Of a stretch of 64,000 nt of DNA, positions 30,262 to 45,771 are shown piece by piece; the stretch's first letter is position 1; each line of letters opens with the position of its first letter. Source of the DNA: the human T2T-CHM13v2.0 reference genome, Homo sapiens; assembly GCF_009914755.1 (NCBI RefSeq), contig NC_060935.1; one strand, 5' to 3'. Position numbers and translations under genes: made by a program. Below the pieces are notes generated by a model. It was given only the letters and a program-made list of their open reading frames with translations. It ran no database searches and was not told the DNA's origin.

Positions 30262-31752
30262 GTAGGAACCTCTCAAGCTCTAAAAAGATAATTGCAACAC
30301 AACACTGCAGTAATGGAACACCCTGAAAGGCAGAAAGCAACACCCATTCCCATTCCAAACACAATAGCTCTGTTAGTTTTTGCACTCAGCCTTGCAGCCC
30401 TTGTACAGGTAGGTACCCGTGTTTACGTGGCTTTAACTACAACACACCTACCATTTTGAATTTTGTATTGTTCCTGAATTAAATATCATCTATACATTTC
30501 TCTTCAAAACTGTAATATGCCCCAACTGTGTTACATACTGTCATGTTACTCTCCTGTGGTTTTCTGAGACAATGCTTTATTGGGGCAATCCAGGTTGTTT
30601 CTTTCCCTTGAATTACTTCTTTGGGATAAAGTCTGCAGAGTGGGATGTCTGCACAGGTGTCTGTTACACCTCAGCATGCAGCTGTGTTTTTTTTTCTTTT
30701 TTAAGTTTACATTGCTGACATCATTGTCTGTGCCTGTCAGTTTTACTGTGCTATCACAGACATTCACAGGCATCACAACTGCTGCCCTATTTTTTTTTTC
30801 CCATTTTTGCTAATTTGGTAGTCATAGAATAACAACCTCCCCAAATGCTTTCATTTGCATTTCTCTGATTATGAGCAGAGTTCACATTTTTTCCCGTCAT
30901 GTTTGTTTACTGCTTTGTTTCCTTTTCTGTGAATTGCCTCCTTGTGTCTGGGCTATTGATTTTGGGGCTGTCTCATGGAAGCTGAGGGATGCAGCTGGAG
31001 GATGGGAAGATGAGCTTTGTTAGGGAGTCTGAGGAGGACACAATGGGATAAGGTCATGTCCTCCCTAGTTAAAACTGACCGGGTACATTTCTTTACTCAT
31101 GGACTCTTTTTTTTAGCATTTCTTCAGTGATTAGAAATACTAAGATTTAAAATGCACATCTGTTTTAAGGCATCCGAAAGAATATATATTTCTAATGTTA
31201 TAAATTGGTATCATCTGTATGTAATCTTTCCTATTTTCACTTAGTATTATATTGCTGTGATTCACCTGTATTGTTTGTTGTTGGAGATTGTTTGTCTTGA
31301 CTGATGTTCAGTGTTCTACTGTATGATTGTACCATAGTTTATAGATCTAATAAAAGTGTGAAAAGAAAAGTAAGAGAATGATGGTTAACTGCTTAGCTGG
31401 TTAACTCATATATTGGGAGGTAGGATAGATGATGGATAAGTTCCATGTAGTTAGATGTAGGTTATTTTCAAGGTCCTAGCTTTTATTTTGATTGGTGTTT
31501 ATGCTATTAAAAATGAACGAGTGAATGAACAGATGGTCATACATAACAACTGGTGAGAGTGGGCTACAAACCAAGGATTATGGTCAATCTAAATCTATAT
31601 GCCTGAGGTCCATAGGAAAGAAAAGACAAAATGTGTATTGGCATAGACTTTGCCAAGATTTGTGCAGAGAACAGCTGTGGGAGGCGAGTCTTGGATAGAA
31701 TTAGCTTCTGATTGTCTTTGCCTGGAAAATGCCTTTCTTGGGTCGACTCTTC

Positions 31753-32010
31753 ACAGTGGTTCTCAAAGTATAATCCTCAGTCCGGGAGCATCAGCATCAC
31801 ATGAGAACTCCGAAAATGCAGTTGTTCAGGCGCCATTCTAGACCAGCTAAATCAACTGGTGTCGGTGGGCCCAGCCAGAAATGCAGTTGTTCAGGCCCCG
31901 TTCTAGATCAGCTAAATCAACTGGCGGGAGTGGGCCCAGCCATCGGCGTTTTACTTAAGAAGCCCTCAAGGTGATTCTAATGCACACTGAAGGCTGAGCT
32001 CCACCATTCT
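31753..32010. mobile_element. MER5A-like element with an internal 65-bp tandem duplication
   Basis: cagtggttctcaaagt...gcatcagcatcac...aagccctcaaggtgattctaatgcacactgaagg. Duplicated units at 31813-31877 and 31878-31942. Confidence 0.75.
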
Positions 32011-32198
32011 ACAGTCACCTGAGAGAGGTTTATAATCCTGCCATTTGCCTAGAAATTTCCAAACTTCTGACTGAACGCAACGTATTGCTGGCCTTTACAC
32101 AAGATCAAATTTTTATAAAACCAAACATGCCAATGTCTTGCCAGTGATGGACACCAAATAGGGAACAAGAATGCAAAATCAAGTAAGTATTAGCATAG

Positions 32199-32537
<339 letters not shown>

Positions 32538-32545
32538 TATACAGT

Positions 32546-32799
32546 TTCTTAAGTGTGTATGTATCCTGGACTCACTTACTCATGGTGCCCTAAGACGTTC
32601 AGTGAAAAGACTCCCACGTCTAAGATGTGGAGGTTAGGCCTGTCAATAGTTTGGGCAACACCCTCTTCTGTGCCCATCCCAGTATTTTACTGAAGCAGAT
32701 TTTTGCTTGCCCTTAAGAAGAATGGTGGGTCCCTCTGTAGGCTGTTTAAAGCTCCTATTTTTTTAAATTCTGCTTTTTCTCTCTCACCATATTCCACGT
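32546..32799 (+). repeat. Donor copy of a ~250-bp dispersed direct duplication
   Basis: Aligns to 35352-35600. The first 37 bp are identical. Confidence 0.93.
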
Positions 32800-33685
32800 C
32801 CCATAAATATGAGGTTTATGGAGAAAGTTAGTGGTGGACACATACATATGAAGCCCAACTCTTGACACATACTTTCCTTAGAATCTCAGCTTTGTGCCTT
32901 CCTTAGCCAGAGGGCATCCCCTTAGAAAATAAGCTACATATGCACGTGCTCCCAGAAAATAAGGCCCACCAGGCAGTTGCTGACACCTGTCAGTTTCATG
33001 GGTATAACAGCCACCCCACAAGGTGCCCACTTGTGGAAGGCATTGCTGTGAGCTACCCAAGAAGAGTAACAAGAACAGGACCTGTGCCCGTTTTGCCTCT
33101 CAAATCCTGCCGAACCTACGTGGTGGCATTGTGCTCTGTACATAGTGGATTTGCTAAGTGCTGAAGACTAGAAAAGACTTCTTGGTAGAGTGTTGTTATT
33201 AATGCTGTGTTTTAATTTGCACCCTGTGTGATATTGCACCGTATAGGTTTTTAAGTTATGTGAGTTCAGATATCCACGATTTATTAAAATAATAACAAGT
33301 ATTATTATTGTTGTTTAAATTGGGTAGAGAATTCCGTCATTTCCTCAGTGGGAATCTGCCCTGCAGTGAGTGTGAGATGGGAGACAGATCTGGAGTTCCC
33401 TTAGCTGTCTGCAATTCTGCAGCCTCATCCTTCGTAGGGTGTACACATCTCCCTGCCCTGAGTGAGACTCTGGTATTAAGGGTGTGTTTTCTTGCATCAT
33501 GTAACCTCTATGTCCAAACCGACTAACTCATTTTGGTGCTTGACCAAAGGAACCCCAGCACATCAGTGCTGTGGGAAAACTGACCCACACTGAGCTCTAT
33601 GCAGTATTTTCCTGAAGAATCTCAGAGATAGTTTGACTAGACAAAATATTGCCCTATGCCACATAGGATTTGACCCACTGTCATC

Positions 33686-33986
<301 letters not shown>

Positions 33987-35035
33987 GACCCACTGCCATC
34001 TTAACAATACTTTTTGATGCACTGAGTACTCTGCTAAGCACCTCTGTACATGAGCTCACTTAGTCAAACTTTGTTCTCTCTCCTTCTGCTGGGTGTGTAG
34101 CCCTTAAAAATAGATCTTTGCTCTCAGTTATGTGGGAGAAAATGATATTTTATCATATTTATCTTGATGGGGTAGAGCAAACTGGCTGGCTCCAAGACCA
34201 GAAAGAGAGTGCTTGAAATAATTCTCTTCCAATTTGACTAGGGTATGAAATAGTGGTTTCTCCACTTTAGCAACACCAGTTTATGGGAGCCCCTCCTCCT
34301 CTCTCTCCTTATCTGGGATTTAGTTCCCCTCCTTATCCTTGGCCTTGAAAACTAACATACAGTCTGTAAGGAACTGGGCACGAGAATGGGGCCCTGAAAG
34401 TGCAGTCATTATTCTGTCTTTGTATTCTATATGAGATGTATTAGAGACCAAAGAAGGTTGTGGTGGAACTGAATTTTAATTGGGGCTTCATTGATTGGCA
34501 ACATAACCCATTTCCAAGAAATAAAGTAATAGCTGTGGAGCAGGCTTTCGATGGCTTTTCTGTTGCTTGGAACTCTCTGTGGGAGGGACACATCTGAGAG
34601 TTAGCAGGTCCTGCCATATACATGTTGGGGGTCGGCGGCACTCAGGTGGCCTTACAAATGTTGACTGAATGTGGCGGGCAACCTCTGATGATCCCCACCT
34701 CCTGGTATTCATGCCTTGGTATAATCTCATCCCTTCAAATGTGATTAGATCTTAGATCCCATTCTTTTGGCGTGTGTCAAAATTTGTCTACTGTAAAATT
34801 TATCATTTTAACCGTTTGTAAGTATACAGTTCAGTAGATGTTAAGTATGTTCACATTGTTGTGCAACCAATCTCCAGAACGTTTTCATTTTGCAAATCTG
34901 AAACTCTATACCCATTAAAAAATAACTCCCTATTCTCCTTCCCCCCAGGCCCCGGGCAGTCATCATTCTACTTCTATCTTCATTAATTTGGTAACTCTAG
35001 GTACCTCATACAGTGGAATCATACAGTATTTAATC

Positions 35036-35338
35036 TTTTTTTTTTTTTTTTTTTGAAGTGGAGTCTCGCTCTGTCACCCAGGCTGGAGTGCAGTGGCGCG
35101 ATCTCAGCCTGACTGCAGGCTCCACCTCCCGGGTTCACACCATTCTCCTGCCTCAGCCTCCAGAGTAGCTGGGACTACAGGCGCCCACCACCACGCCCAG
35201 CTAATTTTTTTGTATTTTTTAGTAGAGACGGGGTTTCACCGTGTTAGCCGGGATGGTCTCCATCTCCTGACCTCATGATCCGCCCGCCTCGGCCTCCCAA
35301 AGTGCTGGGATTACAGGCGTGAGCCACCGTGCCTGGCC
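35036..35338 (-). mobile_element. Alu (AluY-like) with 12-bp TSD
   Basis: TSD cagtatttaatc at 35024-35035 and 35339-35350. Confidence 0.95.
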
Positions 35339-35351
35339 CAGTATTTAATCA

Positions 35352-35600
35352 TTCTTAAGTGTGTATGTATCCTGGACTCACTTACTCAGGGTGCCCTAAG
35401 ACGTTCAGTGAAAAGACTCCCAAGTCTAAGACGTGGAGGTTAGGCGTGCCGAAGGTTTGGGCAACACCCTTTTCCACGCCCATCCCAGTGTTTTACTGAA
35501 GCAGATTTTTGTTTGCCCTTAAGAAGAATGACAAGTCCCTCTGTAGGCCGTTTGAAGTTTGCATTTTTAAATCCTGCTTTTCTCTCTTCATGTTCCATGT
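35352..35600 (+). repeat. Inserted copy of 32546-32799 inside an L1
   Basis: L1 sequence ...ggaatcatacagtattt | ttgtgactggcttatttcacttagcataatg is split by this copy. Confidence 0.9.
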
Positions 35601-37003
35601 TTGTGACTGGCTTATTTCACTTAGCATAATGTCCTCACGGTCCATCCATGTTGTAGCCTATCTCAGAATTTCCTTCCTTTTTAAAGCTGAGTGGTATTCA
35701 GGTGTATATATGTCACATTTGGTTTATCCATTCATCCATTGATGGACACTTAGGTTGCTTCCACCTTTTGACTATTGTGAATCATTATGGTAAGACATGA
35801 GTGTATGGATTGTGACTCGCTTTTAACAAAGAAAATGCAGCAAAAGTGGCGGCTGTCAGTCCCGAGGTTAGATGATGGAGCCACTCTAGCATTGTCTTGC
35901 CTGCCCTTGCTGGCTAGCTCTCTCCCACTCTTGAGGCAAGCCAGCTGCCATATTGTGAGCTGCCCTACTCAGAGGCCCATATGGCAAGGGACGGAAGGAG
36001 GGCTCCAACCTAAGCTAGCGGGGAACCGAGGCCTGCCAATAGCCACATGAGTGAGGTTGGAAGTGGGTCCTCCCCTAGTCAAACGGAGACATCTGCAGCC
36101 CCGGCTGACACGCCGACTGTAGCCTTGTAAGACACCCTGAGCCAGGGTGTGGCCACTCCTGGGTTTCTGACCCATAGAAACTGTGAGATCATAAATGTTT
36201 GTTTGTTTAAACCTCTAAGTTTTGGGGGTCATTTTTTCTGCCACATTAGATAACTGACATACTGAATACTTCTCAGGTGGGCTCCAATTCTCACTGCTCT
36301 AACCACAGAGAGCTTGTGGTGACTCAGGTCACAGTGATCGGTGAAACCTTTGGAAGATCATGCAGGGGTTTATAAGAATAGCAAACATTTGGAGTACTAA
36401 CTGCATGTCAGGCACCATTCTGAGCATTATTGTATTTTCCTGTACAGTTCTCACAGATTCCCTCTGAGAGTGGGTGCTCTTATCACACCCCTTTTCTAGA
36501 TGAAGAAACTGAGGAACACATAGTTTGTTCCTGGTCTAGTCCGCACAGGGAGCAGGTGGTGGAGCCAGGATGGGAACTCGGCTCATCACACTGACGGACA
36601 GACTCATGTTTTTCATCACCCCATAAGACTCCTGTCTGGTAACACTGAGCTGGGCCCAGGACTTTCAGGCGGTCAGTCCTACTCTTGGCCTGTGAGTTTA
36701 TGGGGGAGATTAGTATGAAGACTGGCATGTTTTCCCTCTCTTTGTACTCCAAAAGTTTTCCTTTCCATGAAAAAGAATAATGTGCCTGTCCACCTTCCCT
36801 CCTCCTGAGGAATGTCTGGCAGTTAAGCTCTTCTCAAGCAGCCACCAATGCCGGGAGAGTTAATTAAGTGTTTTGGCAGTTTCTTTATCTTGCTTGCTGT
36901 ATCCTGGTGATAAGGCTTGAGGAGAATTTGAAAAGCTGGCTGTGAGATTTGGCACCTCACTGGAAGCTAACATTGACAGCTTTGTCCTGTTCCTTCTGCA
37001 GAA

Positions 37004-37006
<3 letters not shown>

Positions 37007-37060
<54 letters not shown>
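37007..37060. repeat. (GT)15(GA)12 compound microsatellite
   Basis: Read directly. Confidence 0.97.
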
Positions 37061-37209
37061 AAGACAAGGCGGTGTGTGTGGTTGTAAGAGTGTATGCATT
37101 CTTCAAGTTGGCATTTTTGTCCTTGGGGAGGTAATGGGTAGGTGAGGTGTTACCTCCCCTGTGCCAGGCCCCTGGCTGCATGCAGGGATATAGAAGTGGT
37201 CTTGGCCCC

Positions 37210-37672
37210 TTGTTGAATTGTCCTCCTCCCCCGCTGAAATTCTTGTGTTAATGTCCTAAACCCCAGTGCCTCAGAGTGTGACCTTATTTGGAAATAGGGT
37301 CATTGCAGATGTTACTTGTGAAGATGAGGTCATACTGGAGTTGTGTGGGGCTCTAATCTGATATGACCGGTGTTCTTATAAGAAGGGAAATTTGGACACC
37401 GACATCACACAGAGAGATCACCATGTGAAGGTGAAGGCAGAAATTGGGATGATGCATTTACAAGCCAAGGATCAGCAGAGATCGCCAGCAAACACCAGAA
37501 GCCAGGAGAGAGGCTCGGAACAGATTCTCTCTCGCAGCCCTCTGAAGGAGCCAACCCTGCGGACATTTTGATCTTGGACTTCTGGCCTCTGGAACGAGGA
37601 GACAATACATTTCTATTGTTTTAGCTGCCTAGTCTGTGGTACTTTGTTGCAGCAGCCGTAGCCAACTAATAC
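37210..37672 (+). mobile_element. MLT1C-like MaLR LTR
   Basis: gtgtgaccttatttggaaatagggtcattgcagatg...ggagccaaccctgc...gtctgtggtactttgttgcagcagcc...actaataca. Confidence 0.85.
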
Positions 37673-37854
37673 AGTCCCCGAGAAGTCACACTTAAGCAAG
37701 GCACAGCCATTCACTAAGTGCCAGAGCAGAAATATAGCCAAGAGGATGTGAAACTGCCAGAGAGTGATCAGAGTAGAGTGCAAGAGCGAAGGAAAGTGAG
37801 CTTCCAAGGGAGACTGGAAGTGCTGGATGCTGTGTGGGAACTGGACAGTTGCCG

Positions 37855-37946
37855 GTAAAGAATCCCCTTGGCAGGGAGAGCTGGAAGTAAAGAATCGCCT
37901 CGGTAAGGAGAGCTGCTAGTAAAGAATCGCCTTGGTAGGGAGAACT
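37855..37946. repeat. 32-bp minisatellite, ~2.9 copies
   Basis: Units start at 37855, 37887 and 37919 (gtaaagaatcgccttggtagggagagctg...). Confidence 0.88.
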
Positions 37947-38567
37947 CCTGGTCTGCCTATGGTGTGGGACTTGGTAGAGCCATGCTTGGTTAGGAGGACA
38001 CCTCCCAGCCTGTATTTCAAGTTCATTTTCTGTACTTGGTGCACAGACCTCATTATCTCTCTCTACAACAGCCCCAGACCTGGAGTCAGTGGAGTCAGAA
38101 CCCTTCCATGTTCCTTGAAAGCCATGGCCTAATCCATCAATATCTGTGTTCTAAGGACCTTGGACAGTTGCACTTTCCCCTTGGAGTTCTAATGCCTAAG
38201 TTAGCTGGTGACTGACCTTGATTTATTGCTGGATTCTGGGCTCACAGTGAATATATATGTATCTATGAGAAGAAAGAATTAGGGACAGTGACTGCTTCTT
38301 GCCTTACCCTCTCAAATAGATACCTCAAATAAAACCTCAGAGGTGGGGAACCCCAGGAGGAGGGTCCTAAGGGCTGCTAGGCAGAGGGGTCACCAAATCA
38401 GACCAACACTGCTAACTCTGTGGCTTTTGTGTCCTGCATCCGTGATGACCAGGGTATATTGTATATAGTTCATCGAGGGAACTGTCCTTTAGCTACTGCT
38501 GAAACTTGGAGTTTGGTGTCCCTTCACACGCTCCACCTACCCCAAACCCACCACCACCATATGGGGT

Positions 38568-39306
<739 letters not shown>

Positions 39307-39315
39307 TAACAGGTA

Positions 39316-39646
39316 TAGTCATGTGCTGCATAATGACATTGCAGTCAACCTACATATATGACTGTGGTCCCATGAAATTATAATACCATGTCTTTACTGT
39401 ATTTTTTTATGTTTAAATACACAAATACTTGCCATTGTGTTACAGTTGCCTACAGTGTTCAGTACAGTAACATGCCGTACAGGTTTATAGCCTAGGAGCA
39501 GCAGGCTGTACCATATAACCTAGGTGTGTAGTAGGCTCCTCCTTCCAGCTTTGTGTAAGTTAATTCTATGATGTGCACCCCATGATGAAATCGCCTAATG
39601 ATGCATTTCTTACAATATATCCCTGTCGTTAAGCAACGCATGACTG
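39316..39646. mobile_element. Tigger3-like (TcMar) DNA transposon
   Basis: TIRs (t)agtcatgtgctgcataatgac ... gtcgttaagcaacgcatgactg, flanked by TA. Confidence 0.8.
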
Positions 39647-39826
39647 TATTTTTGATTGCTACTGTGTGCCAGGCATTATGCCCAGGAGACAAAGGCACGT
39701 ACCAAATTTTGTTAAATCTTAAAATGCCATCTATTGTAAGAGCTATCATTATTTTATGTTTTGCTGAGAAAGAAACAATACTGACCATTAAATTATGGCA
39801 CAGTGTTGTTTTTAAGATGCATTCCA

Positions 39827-40194
<368 letters not shown>

Positions 40195-40558
40195 TTAGAA
40201 TTGAAGAACGGTAATAGGGAACCAGACAAATGTGGTCTCTGCTCTAATAGAGCTCATATTCTATAGGAAGAGCAGGTGTTCGGTTGGTCAGTAGCGTGAG
40301 GAATGTGTTGCAAGGACAGGCGCAGGACACTCTGGAAGTGAATGGCAGGGCAGTCAGTGGGGTGCTAAGTCTTTCTCAAGACAAGATGCTGAAGTTGAAA
40401 CCAGAAGGATGGGGAAGAGTTACTGGACAAGAGAGAGGAGGGTCAGCGGAGAAGGATCCTTCCAGGCAGAGAGAATGGCAGGTAAGCAGATCCCAAGGTG
40501 AGAAACAGCGTGATGCATTTGAGGAACTGGCAGATCCACGTGGCTGCCCTGGGGTGGA

Positions 40559-41023
40559 TGTCAAAGAAAAGCCAGAGCTAGATGGTAAAGCACTAAAAAC
40601 AAACTTTATCTAGAAAAATGGTTGCCATCAGGGAAAAGAGACCTCAGTATAGAACTGGGTTCAATTCCAAATATAATAGGAAAAGTGGGAATTTTTAGCC
40701 AAGCAGTAGGGTGGGGTTAGTGGGTGGAAAATTACTAAGAGGAAACATCAGGGTAAGGGGGGATTCTGACTCAATGGACCTAACAGGATTCTCACTGAAG
40801 GCAGGCCAGGAGGATGGTGGAGGATGGTGGAGGATGAGGAACAGGATCAGATATCAAGGGTGAGCATGTGGCAGATGGAGGATTTTGCTAAACTGACTCA
40901 TAGGGCTTTTGCTAGAATCAGACAATGCAGAGAGGAACGCAGAAGCCCCAAAGCTAGGGCTTCTTTGAGAAGAGAGCTCAGAAGAACCGGAGTGGAGTTT
41001 GGTCAAGGAGAGAATCTTTGTCG
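40559..41023 (-). mobile_element. ERV1-type solo LTR, MER31-like
   Basis: TGTCA...TGTC(G) ends with a 4-bp TSD TGGA. Sits within L2-like sequence. Confidence 0.55.
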
Positions 41024-43392
41024 TGGACGGGGGAAGAACAGCCTGCAGGGAAGCTGGAGTGGTCCGTGGTGGCCTGCGTGGACTGGGGGCCTGGGAAACC
41101 ATGGGAAGGATGTTGCGCTCTCTCCCATGGGCCGTGGGAAGCCACGGATAAGACACGCGAAGGTGGGGGCAGTGGGAACATATGGGGGATGGCTTCAGGA
41201 AGTACTTCAGGCTAGAATCGCCAAGATTTGATGACAAACTGGATGAGAGTAGCAAGCTGCGTTATCACCATGGGGATACTAATTTTGTGGAACTAGAGAA
41301 TCTGCCGTATTATTTTCTGATTGTGCTTGCTTTCCACTTTGCTGCTCCAGGCCCCCCACTAGTCTGGGTAATTGAGAGTAAAAGAGCTTATACTTTTGGA
41401 ATAGAGAGATCTTTGCTTTTTTCTGTCACCAAATAGAACCAAGTGACTAAGCAGGCAGAGATAATTTCTACAGAAGTCGTGCAGGGCATGTGATAGGAGA
41501 AGTGCTAATTTTAGTTTAGTTTTCCAAATATGGATGGAAAAAGCTTTATATTTAAAAAAAAATAGTCTGCGTTTAGGGGATCCAATCAAAAATGTCACAA
41601 CCTGGAATTTGAAGGGTGGTCAGTATTTACGCCAAACCTTGTGGCTGCAAGTGATGTCAAGAGCTTCATTAGAGAGTCCGTAGGAAAGAATCATCACCCT
41701 TAAGGAATTCCTGTAGATTTTCATAGAATGAAGCTGCTGGAGGTCCATTTAACAGGAAGAATGTGGAAGCCTTTTTTCCACTTTTAATTTAGAGTTTGAA
41801 AGCCCAGCTGGGCTGAGAGAGGCAAAAATGCTGACTCCATTCGAAGAAACTGAAGGAGGCTGGGAGAGGTTGATTGCTGCCTTTGTGTACAGGTGGGGTT
41901 TTCTTCTTAGTAATAGAGTGTTTGCATGACAAAAGCTTCCTTTTCTTTAACCACAGCAGCAGGAGTTTGAAGATTTCTGAAACGTCTTTCATTTAGAAGC
42001 AAGTCAGAATGATTCTGTACTCAAAGACAGTAGTTGCTTCCTGATAACTTTGTTACTGCGGTAATCTTTAGGGCTGTTTCTTTAGTCTCCCCCATTTCTT
42101 TCAGGTGCAGGTTTCCCCTCCTTGTCCCTCTCCAGTTGGTCCCTGCCTCTGTCCTAGCTCTCTCTCCCCGGTGAATGGCGGAGTCCATCCTGGACACCTG
42201 GCAGAGTGTGATTCCTCCTGAGGTGGAAGGACTGAGTTTCAGAGCAGTCAGGGATCAGGTGTAGGGCTTGCTGTCTCTCTGCAAGTTTGCTCTGCAAGTT
42301 TCTGGAGCCCTAAGACTGCTGTGTTGTGCTGCTTGATTGTAGAGGGGACATTTATCCCTCCATGGACTGACTGCTGTGGCTCTCAGCTCCCCAACCCCCA
42401 ACACCCTTTGACTCTCTTGGGTCTTTCTAACATTCGTTCATGCACACATCATTTGCAGAGTGCCTGCAATTGCCCGGTCTCACCCAGGTACTGGAAGAAA
42501 TACAAACTATTATAGATCAGCTCAAAGTTGCTCACAGTCCTGCAAGGGAGAAACATAATAGCCTGCAGATAATTACCCTCAAGTGTGATAAATGCTGTAA
42601 TAGAGGAATGAGCAGCATGCCGTGGGAGCTTGAGGCTGGCAAGGAGTGACAGTTTTTCCTAGGGGGATATGGCAAGGCTTCAGAGAAATGAAATCGCTGC
42701 CCAGTCTTTACAAATACATAAAAATGGACCTGAAAACAAACGTGGGGCTGGGCATCTAGCCAGAGAGGGAATAGTATAGCCAAAGACAGAGATTCTGTAT
42801 GGCTGGAGCAAAGTGTGCATGTGTATGTGTGGGGAGTGGGAGACGTGAAACTGTTAGGGTGCATTGAGGCTGACTGCTGGGGGCCCCCTCCCTGCAGGAT
42901 CCAATGAGAAGGTGGAGACAGAGGAAGAAACCCAGGAGAAATGAGATGTTCAACCCTGGAAAAGAAATTCATAGGAGCAGCTCGTTATCACTGCATGCCG
43001 TGAGAATTCTGCTTATCCTTGTGTCTTACTGAGCCCTGCTAGCCTACAGGCAGGATGAGCCTGGGGAATCGGGGAATCGTAGACCTGTGAATTTCTAGGG
43101 GTGAGAAGAGTTTGGGAAGCTCAGTGACCATAGAAGGGATATCCTCCCCCTCCTGCTTTCAACAAGTGGCTTGAAAAACTTTCCTGGGTTATTCAATCAG
43201 GTCAGTTATGTCTTTTTTTTTGGCCCCAGTTTGACTTCCTGATAGCTTTGTGGCCAGTGAAAGGTGGAAATGTGCTCTGTGTTGCAAATATGTCAGTTCT
43301 TGTCACATCCCCCAAGTACTCCAAGCAGCTCTTTCTTGTTTCCACCTTGTTTTCCTCTCTGGAAACCCACCATGTTATCAGTCTGTTTCATC

Positions 43393-43694
43393 TTTTTTTT
43401 TTTTTTTTCTTTCTCTGAGATGGAGTCTCACTCTGTTGCCCAGGCTGGAGTGCAGTAGAGCGATCTCAGCTCACTGCATCCTCCGCCTCCCGGGTTCAAG
43501 CACTTCTCTGCCTCACCCTCCCGAGTAGCTGGGATTACAGGCGCCTGCCACCACACCCGGCTAATTTTTATGTTTTTAGTAGAGATGGGGTTTCGCCATC
43601 TTGGCCAGGCTGGCCTGGACTCTTGACCTCGTGATCCACCTGCCTCGGCCTCCCAAAGTGTTGGGGTTACAGGCGTGAGCCACCACGCCCGGCC
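43393..43694 (-). mobile_element. Alu (AluS-type) with TSD
   Basis: TSD cagtctg(t/g)ttcatcttt. Confidence 0.93.
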
Positions 43695-45470
43695 CAGTCT
43701 GGTTCATCTTTAGTTCATTTTGTGGAATGCCTCTAAATGACACTTACCCATCTTCTCCCATTGGTTCTCTTCCTTGAGATTTTGTGCCCTTTATCATGTG
43801 TCTGCTGCTCAAATTTGCATCAGTAGGTCAGCTGTTATTGAAACCCTCCTTTTTTTCTTTAAGAAAATTTATTTGTACCTCTACAGCAGAAATAGAGAGA
43901 GAATAAGTTTGTGCAAACCACACTTTATGAAATGGATCCTCATAGCACATCCTTTTTAATGCAGGCTTGTTGTTGCAACATTATTCCTGGATTTTCAAAA
44001 TCCAGCCAACATGGATACCTCTGCTACTCTGAAACCCTCCTTTTTGCAGAGCACATTGCTAGGTGCTGAGAGTCAAGAGAATTCCTATGAGCTGCTTCAT
44101 TCTAGTAGCTTATTTTTTAATTGAAGAGAAAGACCAGGAATACACAACCATCTCTTTGACCACTACTAACTTGAGAAATGTTGCATAAGGCCTTCTATTT
44201 AAAAGTAAACGTGAATTCCCCATATATCCAGAGTGCCAGGGGACTTAATGTATGTTAAATTAGTTGCCCTGTCCTCAGCAACTTCCAGACCGTGCACTCA
44301 TGACCTTTGGAAGGGGCAGCCCTCTGCTCTCCAAGACACCTCCCTGCCATCTCAGTCATTGTTGACCAAACCTTAAGTGGACAATTGATCCTAGGCTAGT
44401 CTGTTTATCAGCTGGCCAGCAGCAAATCAGAATGTCTCTTTCAAAGACACTCAGGGCTGAATCAGCCTTAGGATGCTAAGCAAATCATTCCGTAGGATAG
44501 GACACAGTCACATAGAAGCTACAGCTGGGAAAGGCAGAATTCATAGTAGAGAGTGCTGGTCCACCTAGAGGCCAGCCCAAGAGGCCAGAGGTGGCCATCC
44601 CCAAAAGAGAGATGGAGAGAGTATTTGCTTTTTTTCCTCAGATGTTTTCCCAAATCCCCAGGAAGCCCAGTATCTCTGCCTTTTCAGTGAAGCCTCTGTC
44701 TTCTAGAGTATGCCTTTCCCTTCATTTGAACTGATTTGAGTGGATTGCAAGCTCTTACCAAGAATGGTCAGTGTCAGTCAGTCATACATGGAGTCATGGA
44801 AGACCTACATTGCATACCTCTGACAAATAGGAAGGAATGGGAAGACAGGGAAAAGGTTCAGAAAGACAGATATGTGCACATCTTTTGAGGGACTTTTGGG
44901 ATCTAGTTTCTAGGGTTTCTTCTATGATTCTTTCTCACATTAGGTTCTTAATGTGGAATATTTGAGGTGGCCCAGGGATTCTGTATTAGTTAGAACATAG
45001 GGTAAGCTGCCATAACAAAGAGATCCCATCGTGAAGTGGCTAAAATGAGATGCAGGTTATGGCTTAATAAGTGCCTTCGATGAGAAAAAGATCTCTCACT
45101 TGGAATACCCCAGAGATGAGCAGTTTAGGCCAACAGGGAGCTCTCCGCTCCTCAGGAATTCCAAGACCACTACAGTGGTTACTATTTCTGAGACATCAGA
45201 AAGCGGGGAAGTACAGAAGGAGAAGACTGAAATTAAAAAAAAAAGAAAGAAAAAGGAAATAAGAAGGGGAGACCAGGACAGATAGCTTGATATATAAGAA
45301 GATGACCTGAAAGTTATACACATCACTTTCACTGATGATGTGGTTGCCTGATCATGACATATTCACATGACCACACCTAGCTGCAAGGGAGGCTGATCAA
45401 TGTTTTCTTTCTCATTGTGGGTACTTATATCACCTTTTATATCCTAGGTGTAGAAATCACATAGCATCAC

Positions 45471-45771
45471 TTTTTTTTTTTTTTTTTTTGAGACAGAGTC
45501 TTGCTCTGTCATCCAGGCTGGAGTTCAGCAGCATGATCTCAGCCCATTGCAACCCCTGCCTCCCAGGTTCATGCGATTCTCCTGCCTCAACCTCCTGAGT
45601 AGCTGAGATTACAGGCCCACGCCACCACACCCAGCTAATTTTTGTATTTTTAGTAGAGACGGAGTTTCGCCATTTTGGCCAGGCCGGTCTCAAACTCCTA
45701 ACCTCAGGTGATCCACCTGCCTCGGCCTCCCAAAGTGCTGGGATTACAGGTGTGAGCCACCATTCCCAGCC
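45471..45771 (-). mobile_element. Alu (AluS-type)
   Basis: Antisense dimer. Confidence 0.93.

Larger units (their letters stand above)
34670..36262 (+). mobile_element. MLT1 (MaLR) LTR split by an L1 fragment (~34760-35790)
   Basis: 5' part tgtggcgggcaacctctgatgatccccacctcctggtattcatg. 3' part ...cccatagaaactgtgagatcataaatg...agataactgacata. L1MA/MB 3'-end sequence lies between them. Confidence 0.7.

Noticed and set aside
37855-37946. 32-bp repeats of CRISPR-like length
   Set aside because: The units are contiguous with no unique spacers, the context is a eukaryotic intron, and there are no cas genes.
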